Positions 38,055-49,052 of a DNA stretch of 64,000 bases are shown in pieces (the stretch's first letter is position 1; the number at the start of each line of letters is the position of its first letter). The DNA lies in NCBI GenBank assembly GCA_051746405.1, contig JBNJFB010000007.1, positions 1 through 64,000 on the forward strand, in the 5' to 3' direction. The DNA is from Campylobacterota bacterium. GTDB lineage: Bacteria > Campylobacterota > Campylobacteria > Campylobacterales > Arcobacteraceae. The position numbers and the translations under genes are program-made. The notes under the pieces are model-generated. The model was given only the letters and a program-made list of their open reading frames with translations, did not search any database and was not told the origin of the DNA.

Positions 38055-39461
38055 ATGAATGAAATATATTTATATGACTCAGTCAAAAAAGAGAAAGTAA
38101 AATTTCAACCAATAAAGCAAGGAAGGGCCATAGTTTATATATGTGGTCCTACTGTGTATGATGATGCTCACTTAGGTCATGCTAGAAGTGCTATTGCATT
38201 TGATTTACTACATAGAGTATTAAAAGCAAATAAACTTAATGTGACTATGACTAAAAACTTTACAGATATTGATGATAAAATCATAAAAAAAATGAATGAA
38301 ACTTCAAAAAGCTTAGAAGAAGTTACAGATTTTTATATAAACTCATATAAAAAAGATATGCAGTCTTTAAATATCTTAGATAATACATTAGAACCAAAAG
38401 CCACACAAAATCTTGAAATTATGAAAGATATGATTAATAACCTATTAAAAAAAGATATTGCTTACAAGATTTCAAATGGCATCTATTTTGATACTTCAAA
38501 AGATAGTTCATATGGAACTATTTCAAGTATGGCAAGTGATGAGAATTCACAAGCAAGGGTTGAATCAAATACCCAAAAAAGAAATAGTTCAGATTTTGCT
38601 TTATGGAAGTTCCCTAAAAACAATGAAATCTCTTATGATGCACCATTTGGAAGTGGGCGACCTGGATGGCATATTGAGTGTAGTGCTATGATTAAAAAAC
38701 ATCTTGCATATGAGAATGAAGAGTTTCAAATAGATATTCATGGAGGAGGTGCAGACTTACTTTTCCCTCACCATGAAAACGAAGCCGCTCAAACTAGATG
38801 TGAATCAAATCAAAACCTAGCAAAGTACTGGATGCATAATGGTTTTGTAAATATAAACGGAGAGAAAATGAGTAAATCTTTGGGGAACTCATTTTTCTTA
38901 AAAGATATTTTAAAAGCATACCAAGGTGAAACAATAAGATTTTATCTTCAAACTGCCCATTATAGAGCTAACTTCAATTTTAATGAAGATGATTTAAAAG
39001 CTTCTAAAAAAAGAGTTGATAAGCTTTATCGAATCAAAAAAAGAGTTTATGGCTCAACAGCTTCAAAAAGAGCGAATGTAGAGTTTACAAATATGATTTT
39101 AGAAGCACTTAATGATGATTTAAACACTTCAAAAGCTTTATCAATAATTGATGAGTTTATTGCAAATGCAAATGAAAAACTAAACGAAAACCCAAAAGAC
39201 AAAACATTTAAAAAAGAGCTAGTAGCAAATATAGAGTTTATAAATCAAACCTTAGGTATTGGCTTAATAGATGCTTTTGAATATTTTCAATTTGGTATAA
39301 ATAATGAAACAAAAAACAAAATTGAAAATCTTATAGAAGCAAGAGCTCAAGCAAAAAAACAAAAAGATTATGAAGAAGCTGATAAAATAAGACAACAACT
39401 TTCATCTATGGATATTTCCATAATGGACACCCCAAATGGAGTTGTTTGGGAGAAAAATTAA
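38055..39461 (+). CDS. cysS: Cysteine--tRNA ligase
   Basis: CGPTVYD, HLGH, GRPGWHIECSAM, KMSKS. Confidence 0.97.
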   Translation: MNEIYLYDSVKKEKVKFQPIKQGRAIVYICGPTVYDDAHLGHARSAIAFDLLHRVLKANKLNVTMTKNFTDIDDKIIKKMNETSKSLEEVTDFYINSYKKDMQSLNILDNTLEPKATQNLEIMKDMINNLLKKDIAYKISNGIYFDTSKDSSYGTISSMASDENSQARVESNTQKRNSSDFALWKFPKNNEISYDAPFGSGRPGWHIECSAMIKKHLAYENEEFQIDIHGGGADLLFPHHENEAAQTRCESNQNLAKYWMHNGFVNINGEKMSKSLGNSFFLKDILKAYQGETIRFYLQTAHYRANFNFNEDDLKASKKRVDKLYRIKKRVYGSTASKRANVEFTNMILEALNDDLNTSKALSIIDEFIANANEKLNENPKDKTFKKELVANIEFINQTLGIGLIDAFEYFQFGINNETKNKIENLIEARAQAKKQKDYEEADKIRQQLSSMDISIMDTPNGVVWEKN

Positions 39462-39467
39462 TCATAA

Positions 39468-39507
39468 AAAAAGGGGTATTTAAGCTAAAGCTTCAATACC
39501 CCTTTTT
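39468..39507. terminator. Bidirectional intrinsic terminator between cysS and rpsR
   Basis: AAAAAGGGGTATT...AATACCCCTTTTT. Confidence 0.85.
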
Positions 39508-39526
39508 ACTAATCAAATAGTATAAA

Positions 39527-39784
39527 CTACTTGATATATGCTGCGTCAGTTACATTTTGTGTATCAACAATGTATGGAACTAATGCCATGTGTCTAGCTC
39601 TTTTAATAGCTTTTTCTACCATTTCTTGAGCATTTTTAGAGTTACCTGTAAGTCTTCTTGGCATAATCTTACCTCTTTCACTCATAGACAATTTTAATAA
39701 GTCTGTACTTTTATAATCAATGAAATCAATTTTCATCTCAGTATATTTACAATATTTCTTTCCGTATTTTCTTCTTTCTGCCAT
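39527..39784 (-). CDS. rpsR: 30S ribosomal protein S18
   Basis: [23 protein letters not shown]. Confidence 0.97.
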   Translation of the reverse strand: MAERRKYGKKYCKYTEMKIDFIDYKSTDLLKLSMSERGKIMPRRLTGNSKNAQEMVEKAIKRARHMALVPYIVDTQNVTDAAYIK

Positions 39785-39796
39785 CTTTATTTCCTT

Positions 39797-40345
39797 TTAA
39801 AACGGTATTTCATCGTCATCGATATCAATTTCAGGTATTTTTTGTGCAGGCACTGTTTCTTGTTGTGCTTTGTTATTCATACCACCATAATTGTTTTGCG
39901 AATTATCAGAATTCATATTACCGTACTGATTTTGTTGCTGTTGTGGAGCTGCTTGTTGCTGATTATATGAATTATTTTGTGAAGGGTTATATGAGTTTCC
40001 TCCCCCTTGCATAGAATCATTTTTTGAATCAAGCATTTTCATAGTGTCAACTCTTAGTGAGTGTTTACTTCTATTTGTTCCATCTTGAGCTGTCCATTGT
40101 TCAAGTACTAATCTACCTTCTAATAAAACCTTAGAACCTTTTCTTAAGTACTGGTTAGCAACTTCTGCTGATCTTCCAAAGATATTAAAATCTAAAAAAC
40201 AAACCTCTTCTTTTTGTTCTCCAGTTTGTGTTTTGTACTTATATGAAGAAGCAATTGCAGATTTTGCAATAGCAGCTCCTGAAGGCAAATACCTCAACTC
40301 AATATCTCTAGTTAGATTTCCAACCATAATTACTTTGTTATACAT
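39797..40345 (-). CDS. ssb: Single-stranded DNA-binding protein
   Basis: NKVIMVGNLTRD; C-terminal DDDEIPF. Confidence 0.97.
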   Translation of the reverse strand: MYNKVIMVGNLTRDIELRYLPSGAAIAKSAIASSYKYKTQTGEQKEEVCFLDFNIFGRSAEVANQYLRKGSKVLLEGRLVLEQWTAQDGTNRSKHSLRVDTMKMLDSKNDSMQGGGNSYNPSQNNSYNQQQAAPQQQQNQYGNMNSDNSQNNYGGMNNKAQQETVPAQKIPEIDIDDDEIPF

Positions 40346-40369
40346 AAACGGTCCTATCTTGATTAGTTA

Positions 40370-40723
40370 TTAGTTAGCTTTTTTAGCTGCCTCATCACTC
40401 ATTTTTGTCCATGCAGTGATCTCTTTTTTATTTTCATATTTAATAAAAATAAATCTTAAAATATTTTCATTTAATTTTAAATTTCTTTCTATTTCATTAA
40501 TAGCTACAGGTGCACTTTTGAAGTAGATTACATAGTAGTAACCTCTTTTATTCTTTTCAATTTCATAAGCTAATTGTCTTGATCCCATATCGTCACAAGC
40601 TACGATTTCCACATCGTTTTTACCCATAACAGTTTTAACTTTTTCGATTTGAGCTTGTAACTCTTCTTCAGTTAATGTTGGTTTAACAATAAACATTGTT
40701 TCATAATGTTTTAATTTCGACAT
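40370..40723 (-). CDS. rpsF: 30S ribosomal protein S6
   Basis: [21 protein letters not shown]. Confidence 0.96.
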   Translation of the reverse strand: MSKLKHYETMFIVKPTLTEEELQAQIEKVKTVMGKNDVEIVACDDMGSRQLAYEIEKNKRGYYYVIYFKSAPVAINEIERNLKLNENILRFIFIKYENKKEITAWTKMSDEAAKKAN

Positions 40724-40732
40724 CTAATTTTC

Positions 40733-40775
40733 TCCTTGTAGTTTAAGCCGGTATCTTTACACATATCAGCAAGGA
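40733..40775 (-). promoter_or_regulatory. Probable S6:S18 autoregulatory leader of rpsF
   Basis: UCCUUG pairs with CAAGGA (SD); inner stem GCUGAUAU/AUACCGGC. Confidence 0.6.
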
Positions 40776-40798
40776 TAATTTTTGTAAAGTTTGTGATT

Positions 40799-41779
40799 TT
40801 ATCTAAATAAAACTGTGAATTTTCTTAGACAAGCCTGTAAGTACAAGTTTTGATTAGTGATTTTTGAAGTTTTAAACTCTAATTCTATATTTAATAAGTA
40901 CTGTAACATCTCTAAATAGACTTCAGGCTTTATATTTATAGCTATTTTTGATTTTCTTTCCCATATTTTTCTTGGGGGGTTAAAACCTAAAATCTCTTTT
41001 GGATTTGGTGTTGAAATAGCTCTTGCGTATGAACTAATCATAAATAGTTGTTGAACATATGCTGTAATTTGATTTAATAAATATATCTCATTTACACCCT
41101 CTTCTAAAAGTAAGTTTAAATCATTTGATATATCATTTCCTTCAATTAAACTATTTAAAAACTCTTCAAATGAAACATCACCTATACCAAAACAGTGATT
41201 ATTCACAACAGTTGAAGTGATTTTGTAGTTTAGTATTGATAGCTTTTTTAAGTCATTCATACATAAAGATAAATCATTTTTATGCATAAAATATAGATGA
41301 TTTAAAGCTGAAATTTCATAATCTATATTTTGTAGTTTAGCTTCTTCTTGAAGTATCCTAATAGCTTCATTATTTGAAGGTGAAAACATTCTAATACTAA
41401 CGCAGTTGCTTTTAGGGTTAAAAGCATTTGCCATAGTTTTAAACTCACCATCACCCAAACAAGAGAATATAACAGTGCTATTACTATTTGTATTGCATAC
41501 TTTTATTAACTCATCAACCTCTTTTTTTGGTCTTTTTGAGTTTAGCTTTATAAGTACTGTATTTGTATTTGAAAATAGTGAAGATTGCATAAGCATATTT
41601 TTTGCACTATTAAAATCATAATCATCAAAATATATTTTCTCAATTTCACCATCAGGTGCATGTATTTTTGCTATTTTTGATGAGTAATACTCCACCAAAA
41701 AAGTTGATTGACCATAAAACATATATGCATTATATTTTCTATTTTGATTTATTTGAGTGTCAAATTCGTTTCTATACAT
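40799..41779 (-). CDS. holA: DNA polymerase III delta subunit
   Basis: YMFYG, QSSLF, NDLKKL; conserved position upstream of rpsF. Confidence 0.85.
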   Translation of the reverse strand: MYRNEFDTQINQNRKYNAYMFYGQSTFLVEYYSSKIAKIHAPDGEIEKIYFDDYDFNSAKNMLMQSSLFSNTNTVLIKLNSKRPKKEVDELIKVCNTNSNSTVIFSCLGDGEFKTMANAFNPKSNCVSIRMFSPSNNEAIRILQEEAKLQNIDYEISALNHLYFMHKNDLSLCMNDLKKLSILNYKITSTVVNNHCFGIGDVSFEEFLNSLIEGNDISNDLNLLLEEGVNEIYLLNQITAYVQQLFMISSYARAISTPNPKEILGFNPPRKIWERKSKIAINIKPEVYLEMLQYLLNIELEFKTSKITNQNLYLQACLRKFTVLFR

Positions 41780-41842
41780 AAAATATATGATATCCTAAGT
41801 AATCTTTGATTAAAATTGTAAAATGAACAAAAGGTTAAAAAA

Positions 41843-42211
41843 ATGTATAATATCACGTTACCACTATTAGGCTTTGAAGATAATAGGATTCTAAAAGTAA
41901 ATAAAATCGATAACTATTTTTCATCATTAGTATTAAATGAGACTCAAGAGATAAGTTTCACTGTAGTAAATATTAGCTACTTAGAGCATGCAGCTTTTGA
42001 TTTTACTATAGATGATAAAATACTTAAAAAAATGGAGATAGCTAAAAGAGAAGATTTTGATATCTATTTTAGTGTAGTACTTCAAGAACCTATTGAAAAA
42101 TCAATAGTAAATCTTGTAGCACCAATTTTAATAAACAATAAATCAAAACTAGCAGGGCAGTTTATTATAAAAGATGATATTCCAAATATTTTTACAAATT
42201 TAAGACCTTAG
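41843..42211 (+). CDS. fliW: FliW-family protein (divergent)
   Basis: PLLGFE, SFTVVN, SIVNLVAPILIN..AGQ. Confidence 0.75.
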   Translation: MYNITLPLLGFEDNRILKVNKIDNYFSSLVLNETQEISFTVVNISYLEHAAFDFTIDDKILKKMEIAKREDFDIYFSVVLQEPIEKSIVNLVAPILINNKSKLAGQFIIKDDIPNIFTNLRP

Positions 42212-44061
42212 TATTTAATCTGTGCTATTATCTCTTTTGTAATAATATTTGCACTAACTATTTTAACTTTTAGTTTCGTAAATAGATTTTGTCCCTTGTA
42301 ATTTTCAATAGTAACTTTCATACCTTTTATTTTATCATAGCAAACAGCTTTTGTTCTTTGTATATCTACAATTTTTACTTTAATATCTGCACCTATGTTG
42401 TCATTTGCCCATCTTGCATATTTTCTATCTTCAAAATCCCATACTAGCTTATCAACTTCCCTTTCATTTGTTGAGATATATTCACAAATATCATCAATAT
42501 TTTTAGGTGTTTTTTTTGTTTTTAAGATTCTATGTAACACTAAATCTGCATATCTTCTAATAGGACTTGTAAAATGAGAGTATGAATTAAACCCTAAACC
42601 AAAATGTCCAAGATTTGTTGAACTATACTTAGCTTGAGTTTGTGATTGAATAATTAGTTCATCAACCTCTTGACTTAAAACACTGTTTCTAGCTTTTTGT
42701 TGAATATGAACTATTGTATCATGAACATTATTTTTTAACTTTACATTTAATCCTAATATATTCACATCATCAACTAATTTAGAGATTGCTTTAAGGGATG
42801 GTTCTTCATGTATTCTAAAGATACCTACACTATTTACTTTTCTACTAGCTTCAATATTTGCTAAAAGCATACACTCTTCTATTAACTGATGGGATGCTGT
42901 TGAACTCTCTTCACAAACAGTTTCTAGCTTGTTATTTTTTAGTTTTATTCTATTTTCAACACTTCTAAAATCATAACCTTTTTGTAGTCTTTTACTTCTA
43001 AACTTCTTTGTTACATCATATAAAGGAGTAACATAATCAAATATCTCTTTTTCAATACTTGAATAGTTATCATACTTGCCATCTAAAACCCTATCAATTC
43101 TTCCATAAGAGAAGTTTTTATGTGAGTTGATTACAGCTTCAAATAGTTCTGATTTTTTAATACTTAAGTTATTTAAGTCTAAATAAATTTTAAAAACATA
43201 AGCATATCTATTTTCTTTTTCTTTTAGTGAACACATCTGCTCACTTAGCTCTTTTGGTAGCATTGGTAAGACTTTACTGGGCAAATAGATTGAAGTGGAC
43301 TTTTTAAAAGCCTCCTTATCAAGTGCACTATTCTGCTTTACAAAGTATGACACATCGGCAATAGCAACATATAAAATACTCTCTTTTTTATCATAATAAA
43401 TAGCATCATCATGATCTTTTGCACTGCTTGGATCTATTGTACAAAAAGGCAGGTTTGTTAAATCAACTCTTTTAGATGAATTATCATCCATTTTTGCATC
43501 AACCTCTATAGGTTTTTTTAATCTAATTTTTTCATTATATAAATGCAAAGATATATACTCATCTACACTTGGGTCTTTTATGTTTCCAATTTTTTTAATA
43601 AGTGATAAATCATCACTATTAACTAAAAGTAGCTCATCATCGTCATATTTCATACTCTCATTGCTATTTAGTTTTATATTCTCTTTTACTGTATAAAAAC
43701 TTCTGTTTTTGGTATATACTAGTACTTCACTTTTTTTACCATCTAAAACTTTAATTATCTTAGCTTTTATTCTACTTCTTGGATTAAAAACTCTTTTTGC
43801 TAATACAAAATCGCCATTATATGACTTATTCAAATGCTCAAAATCAAGCCTTATATCCCTATGCTCATTTTGTAAATCCCTTAAAACAGCTATTTTGTTT
43901 TTTATTTCTAAAGTTCCAACTTTATACTTGGAGTTTAATTCATATTCCCCATTAGATTCAATTATAAATGACTGTTTTTTTAACTCTTCTATTTTTTTTA
44001 ACTCTTCTTTTGTAAAATTTGTTTGTTTTTTTAATATCTTTTCGAATAAAAATTTATACAA
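42208..44061 (-). CDS. rnr: Ribonuclease R (RNB domain)
   Basis: TIDPSSAKDHDDA, LIEECMLLAN, HFGL, YSHFTSPIRRYADL. Confidence 0.9.
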   Translation of the reverse strand: MYKFLFEKILKKQTNFTKEELKKIEELKKQSFIIESNGEYELNSKYKVGTLEIKNKIAVLRDLQNEHRDIRLDFEHLNKSYNGDFVLAKRVFNPRSRIKAKIIKVLDGKKSEVLVYTKNRSFYTVKENIKLNSNESMKYDDDELLLVNSDDLSLIKKIGNIKDPSVDEYISLHLYNEKIRLKKPIEVDAKMDDNSSKRVDLTNLPFCTIDPSSAKDHDDAIYYDKKESILYVAIADVSYFVKQNSALDKEAFKKSTSIYLPSKVLPMLPKELSEQMCSLKEKENRYAYVFKIYLDLNNLSIKKSELFEAVINSHKNFSYGRIDRVLDGKYDNYSSIEKEIFDYVTPLYDVTKKFRSKRLQKGYDFRSVENRIKLKNNKLETVCEESSTASHQLIEECMLLANIEASRKVNSVGIFRIHEEPSLKAISKLVDDVNILGLNVKLKNNVHDTIVHIQQKARNSVLSQEVDELIIQSQTQAKYSSTNLGHFGLGFNSYSHFTSPIRRYADLVLHRILKTKKTPKNIDDICEYISTNEREVDKLVWDFEDRKYARWANDNIGADIKVKIVDIQRTKAVCYDKIKGMKVTIENYKGQNLFTKLKVKIVSANIITKEIIAQIKY

Positions 44062-44182
44062 TTTTATTCCTTTCTTTTAAATCTAATAAGTAGTTTATCA
44101 AAATTTATCAATAATTTGTATAAAAATATTTTCCCAAACTTTCAGTTTTCTTTAGATACAATATACTAAAATTTTTAACTGA

Positions 44183-45214
<1,032 letters not shown>

Positions 45215-45230
45215 TTATCTATATTAATAC

Positions 45231-45256
45231 ATAAAGAAGAGTTTTCTCTTCTTTAT
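45231..45256 (+). terminator. Terminator after ilvC
   Basis: ATAAAGAAGAG-TTTT-CTCTTCTTTAT. Confidence 0.65.
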
Positions 45257-45278
45257 AATCCCACAAAACGAAAGCCTT

Positions 45279-46334
45279 ATGCCAAAAAGAAAAAACAAAA
45301 AAACATCAAATAAAAATAATCCTATGCCTAAGTTTAGAATATTAAGAGTATTTTTATTAGTATTTTTATTTACAGTTATTGCTAGTTCTTTTAGCTACTT
45401 TGTAATGCACAGTGAAAAAATTAATAAAAATAATCAAGAAACAGTAGATGAAAAAGACAAAGACTCTATAAAAAAGTATCAAGAAAAAAAGCTTAATGAA
45501 TACTCTAAAATCGTTGAAGATAAAAAACAGGATAATACTGCGTATGAGGAGTATACACAAGAGTTTAATAAAGACTTCATCTATACTCCACCAAAAGAAG
45601 TAGAGCAAAAAGATGAAAAAAAGCCAAAAGAGCAAAACTATAATTTCCTAAAAAAGTCACTATATAAGTATGATAAAAACACAAAACCTAAAATAGCTAT
45701 TGTAATCGATGATGTAAGTAATAGATATCAAAAAAGAGATATTTTAGATATCGGATATAAAGTTAATATGTCATTTTTGCCACCTACAAATGGACATAGA
45801 AATTCAGCCAATATTGCACAGGATTTACCATTTCATATGATTCACTTTCCAATGCAAGCATCTTCAAAGTTTAATAGACCCGAAAAAGATACATTAAATA
45901 TAACAGACTCATATGAAAAAATAGAAAAAAGAGTCAAGCAGCTAAGACAGTGGTATCCAAATGCAATCTATACAAACAACCATACAGGCTCTGTTTTTAC
46001 AAAAGATTATGATGCGATGGATAAGCTTTTTAAGGCTTTAAAAAAGTATAACTTCATCTTTGTTGATAGCAGAACAACCTCCCAATCAGTAGCAAAAAAA
46101 CTTGCAAAAAAACATGATATGCCATATATTGTAAGAAATACTTTTATTGATAATAAAAAAGAGTTTGGTTATATTCAAAATCAACTAAAAAAAGCTATAT
46201 ATATTGCAAAAAAAAGAGGTTATGCAATAGCAATAGGTCATCCTTACTCTATAACTATAGATGTTCTTAAAAAATCAAAACATTTACTTAAAGATTTAGA
46301 AATAATTTACATAAATGAATTACCTTACTTATAG
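45279..46334 (+). CDS. Divergent polysaccharide deacetylase family (YibQ-like)
   Basis: TM helix, IAIVIDD, HFPMQ, NNHTGS, FVDSRT, IAIGHP. Confidence 0.9.
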   Translation: MPKRKNKKTSNKNNPMPKFRILRVFLLVFLFTVIASSFSYFVMHSEKINKNNQETVDEKDKDSIKKYQEKKLNEYSKIVEDKKQDNTAYEEYTQEFNKDFIYTPPKEVEQKDEKKPKEQNYNFLKKSLYKYDKNTKPKIAIVIDDVSNRYQKRDILDIGYKVNMSFLPPTNGHRNSANIAQDLPFHMIHFPMQASSKFNRPEKDTLNITDSYEKIEKRVKQLRQWYPNAIYTNNHTGSVFTKDYDAMDKLFKALKKYNFIFVDSRTTSQSVAKKLAKKHDMPYIVRNTFIDNKKEFGYIQNQLKKAIYIAKKRGYAIAIGHPYSITIDVLKKSKHLLKDLEIIYINELPYL

Positions 46335-46378
46335 TTTATTTTTGGTATAATTAAGTAAATTATTATACTAGAGTAGCC

Positions 46379-47155
46379 ATGATTAAAAAAATTGATTTTA
46401 AAATAAATGAACTATCATCTATGAAAAAACCTGTAGATGATATCTATTTCTTAGGAGATAAAAACCTATTAAAAAGTAGGAAAATATCTATAGTAGGCAC
46501 AAGAAGACCCTCTTCTTATACCAAACAAATAACCCATAAACTATCAAGTGAATTATCAAATAGTGGATTTACTATTGTAAGTGGTGGTGCTATGGGTGTT
46601 GATGCTATTGCACATAAAGCAGCAAATAATAATACAATTGCTGTTATGGCAAATGGCTTAGATATAAGATATCCAAGTGTAAATAAAAACCTAATTGAAC
46701 AAATGGAAACAAATAGCCTAGTTTTATCCTCATATAAACCAGGAAGTAAAGCTAGAAACTATACCTTTGTACTAAGAAATGAAATAGTTGTAGCACTAGG
46801 GGAGATTCTAATAATTACCCAAGCTGATATAAAATCAGGAAGTTTAACTTCTGCAAAATATGCAAAACAGATGGGAAAAAAGATTTATACAATTCCCCAT
46901 AGAATGAATGAAAGCTTAGGAACACAAGAGCTTATTGAGCAAGGCATTTGTGAACCGATTTATAATATAGAAAAATTTATAGACTCTTTAGGAGGCATTA
47001 CTACTTTAAAAAGTGAAGTAAAAGATGAGTTCTTAGAGTTTTGTAAAACAAACCCTACTTTAGAAGAAGCAAGTTTAAAATATCAAGAGAAGATTTTTGA
47101 GTATGAACTATTAGGTAAGATTTTTATAAAAGATGGGAGGGTATATCCCAACTAA
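46379..47155 (+). CDS. dprA: DNA-processing protein DprA
   Basis: SIVGTR, VSGGAMGVD, RNEIV, SGSL. Confidence 0.92.
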   Translation: MIKKIDFKINELSSMKKPVDDIYFLGDKNLLKSRKISIVGTRRPSSYTKQITHKLSSELSNSGFTIVSGGAMGVDAIAHKAANNNTIAVMANGLDIRYPSVNKNLIEQMETNSLVLSSYKPGSKARNYTFVLRNEIVVALGEILIITQADIKSGSLTSAKYAKQMGKKIYTIPHRMNESLGTQELIEQGICEPIYNIEKFIDSLGGITTLKSEVKDEFLEFCKTNPTLEEASLKYQEKIFEYELLGKIFIKDGRVYPN

Positions 47156-47166
47156 TATAAAACATA

Positions 47167-48471
47167 TTATTGTCTTAATTGATATGTAATATCACCTGCT
47201 CCTACTCCTAGTATGATACCCTCATCTAAAATAGAGATAACCTTGTCATCTTTTATAAGTTCAATCTTACCATCACTTGTTTTTAATCTATGGGCAAAGG
47301 TTGGATTATATGAAGCAAACTCTTTTTCAAAATCAATATCAAGCACTATCTCACCTGGAATTGTCCAGATAGGTAAAATAATTAACTCATCACATCTTCT
47401 AAAACACCTCTTAAATCCTTCAAGATTATCATAGGTCCTAGAGTATTTATGGGGTTGCCAAATTACAACTCTTTTATTAATATTTGTTAGATTATCATAA
47501 ACTTCCACTGATTTCATAGTAGCATCTATCTCTGTTGGATGATGTGCATAATCATCAATTACTACAAAGTTTTTATGTTTTTGAACAACATCAAATCTCT
47601 TTTTTATTCCTTTATAATTTAAAAGGTTTTGTCTAATACTATCTATATCTAACTGCTCTTTTGCTGCTAATATAGCTAATGATGCATCTAATGCAATATG
47701 ATAACCAAAGCCCCAAACCTCAAAACAACCTAAATCTTTTAATTCAAATTTTGTATATGGCTCACCATCTTTCAATAGAAAACATAAATTTTTTATATCA
47801 CTACTTGGATATAAAAAGTTTGGATTTTTTATATTTAGTTTTTTTATATACTCATCTTCACCATTTAAAATATTCTTTTTTCCTAGATTTATAAACTTTT
47901 CATAAGCTTGAAAAAACTTCTCATAATCATAGTGATAATACTCCATATGCTCAGGCTCTGCATTTGTTACAATAGAACAGTAAGGATTTGAAAGTAAAAA
48001 GCTTGCATCTGACTCATCTGCTTCAAAGGCAACTAAATCATTTACATACCTAAAGTTTGAGTTAAAATCTTTTGAAATTGCACCTATTATTGCTGAACTA
48101 TTTAATATAGAAGCTAAAATAGCAGTTGTAGTTGATTTACCATGGGCTCCTGCTACACAGTAGTTTTTCTTATCTCCTAAAATAATAGGTAAAGCCTCTT
48201 TTCTTGATAGTGTTCTTATTTGTTTTAGTCTTGATTGTATTAGTTCAGGATTTTCATCTGTAACAGCAGCTGAATAGATAACCAAATCCAAATCATCACT
48301 AATATTTGAAGCATCTTGTGGACATGAAACTTTTATTCCCTCTTTTATTAACTCTTTTGTAATTGGTGTACTTTTCATATCTGAACCACTAACTTCATGC
48401 CCATCATGCTTTAGAAATCTAGCAAGTGCTGATAAACCTATTCCACCAATTCCTATAAAAAATACTTTCAT
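47167..48471 (-). CDS. murC: UDP-N-acetylmuramate--L-alanine ligase
   Basis: GIGGIG, GAHGKSTT, EADESD, DDYAHHP, QPHKYSR. Confidence 0.96.
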   Translation of the reverse strand: MKVFFIGIGGIGLSALARFLKHDGHEVSGSDMKSTPITKELIKEGIKVSCPQDASNISDDLDLVIYSAAVTDENPELIQSRLKQIRTLSRKEALPIILGDKKNYCVAGAHGKSTTTAILASILNSSAIIGAISKDFNSNFRYVNDLVAFEADESDASFLLSNPYCSIVTNAEPEHMEYYHYDYEKFFQAYEKFINLGKKNILNGEDEYIKKLNIKNPNFLYPSSDIKNLCFLLKDGEPYTKFELKDLGCFEVWGFGYHIALDASLAILAAKEQLDIDSIRQNLLNYKGIKKRFDVVQKHKNFVVIDDYAHHPTEIDATMKSVEVYDNLTNINKRVVIWQPHKYSRTYDNLEGFKRCFRRCDELIILPIWTIPGEIVLDIDFEKEFASYNPTFAHRLKTSDGKIELIKDDKVISILDEGIILGVGAGDITYQLRQ

Positions 48472-49052
48472 TACGCATCCAAAAGTGGTTGATATTTTTT
48501 ATATAGTTTTTTTAAAGTATCTTTATTATCTTCTAAATATTTATCTTGGTCAAACTTAAAATTAGTGATAAAATATCCATACTTTTCATCAGTTGGATCC
48601 TTTTGTAAATCAACCTCATTATCAAAAAAATCATCAAGATTTGTCTGCTTTGATAACACAATTAATATAGTATTAAGAGATTTTTCAAGTACTTCATCTT
48701 CAATAATATTAGCTAAAACAAAAACTAGTTCAGATGCCCCTTTAAAGTTTTTTGTTGACCATTTTTCAACTGCATGTTCAAAAAATGCTCTTACATAAAG
48801 TAGTTCATCCTCTTGTAGTTTTAATTTCTTATTACTATTTATTATCTCTTCTACTCTTTCAAAAGCAAGTTTTAAAATATTTTCATATAAAGAGTTCATC
48901 TTCTCTTCATCAAGTCCTAAAATCAACATTGAATCCAGAGTTTCATACATTGCTGAAATATCTTTTTGTTCAATTGATTTAACTCTTGTTTCTTCTAAGT
49001 AGTTTAAAAAGTCTGGATTTGTTCTTGCTTCATTTAACTCACTTTTGTTCAT
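48471..49052 (-). CDS. Hypothetical protein
   Basis: 193-aa ORF overlapping both neighbours in the dapC-murC run. Confidence 0.75.
   Translation of the reverse strand: MNKSELNEARTNPDFLNYLEETRVKSIEQKDISAMYETLDSMLILGLDEEKMNSLYENILKLAFERVEEIINSNKKLKLQEDELLYVRAFFEHAVEKWSTKNFKGASELVFVLANIIEDEVLEKSLNTILIVLSKQTNLDDFFDNEVDLQKDPTDEKYGYFITNFKFDQDKYLEDNKDTLKKLYKKYQPLLDA

Noticed and set aside
39860..40010. Q/N-rich short repeats in ssb
   Set aside because: Ordinary disordered SSB linker.
40974..40979. G6 tract in holA, and A8 tracts in arsA/arsD, as phase-variation sites
   Set aside because: Too short, in frame, and expected by chance in AT-rich DNA.
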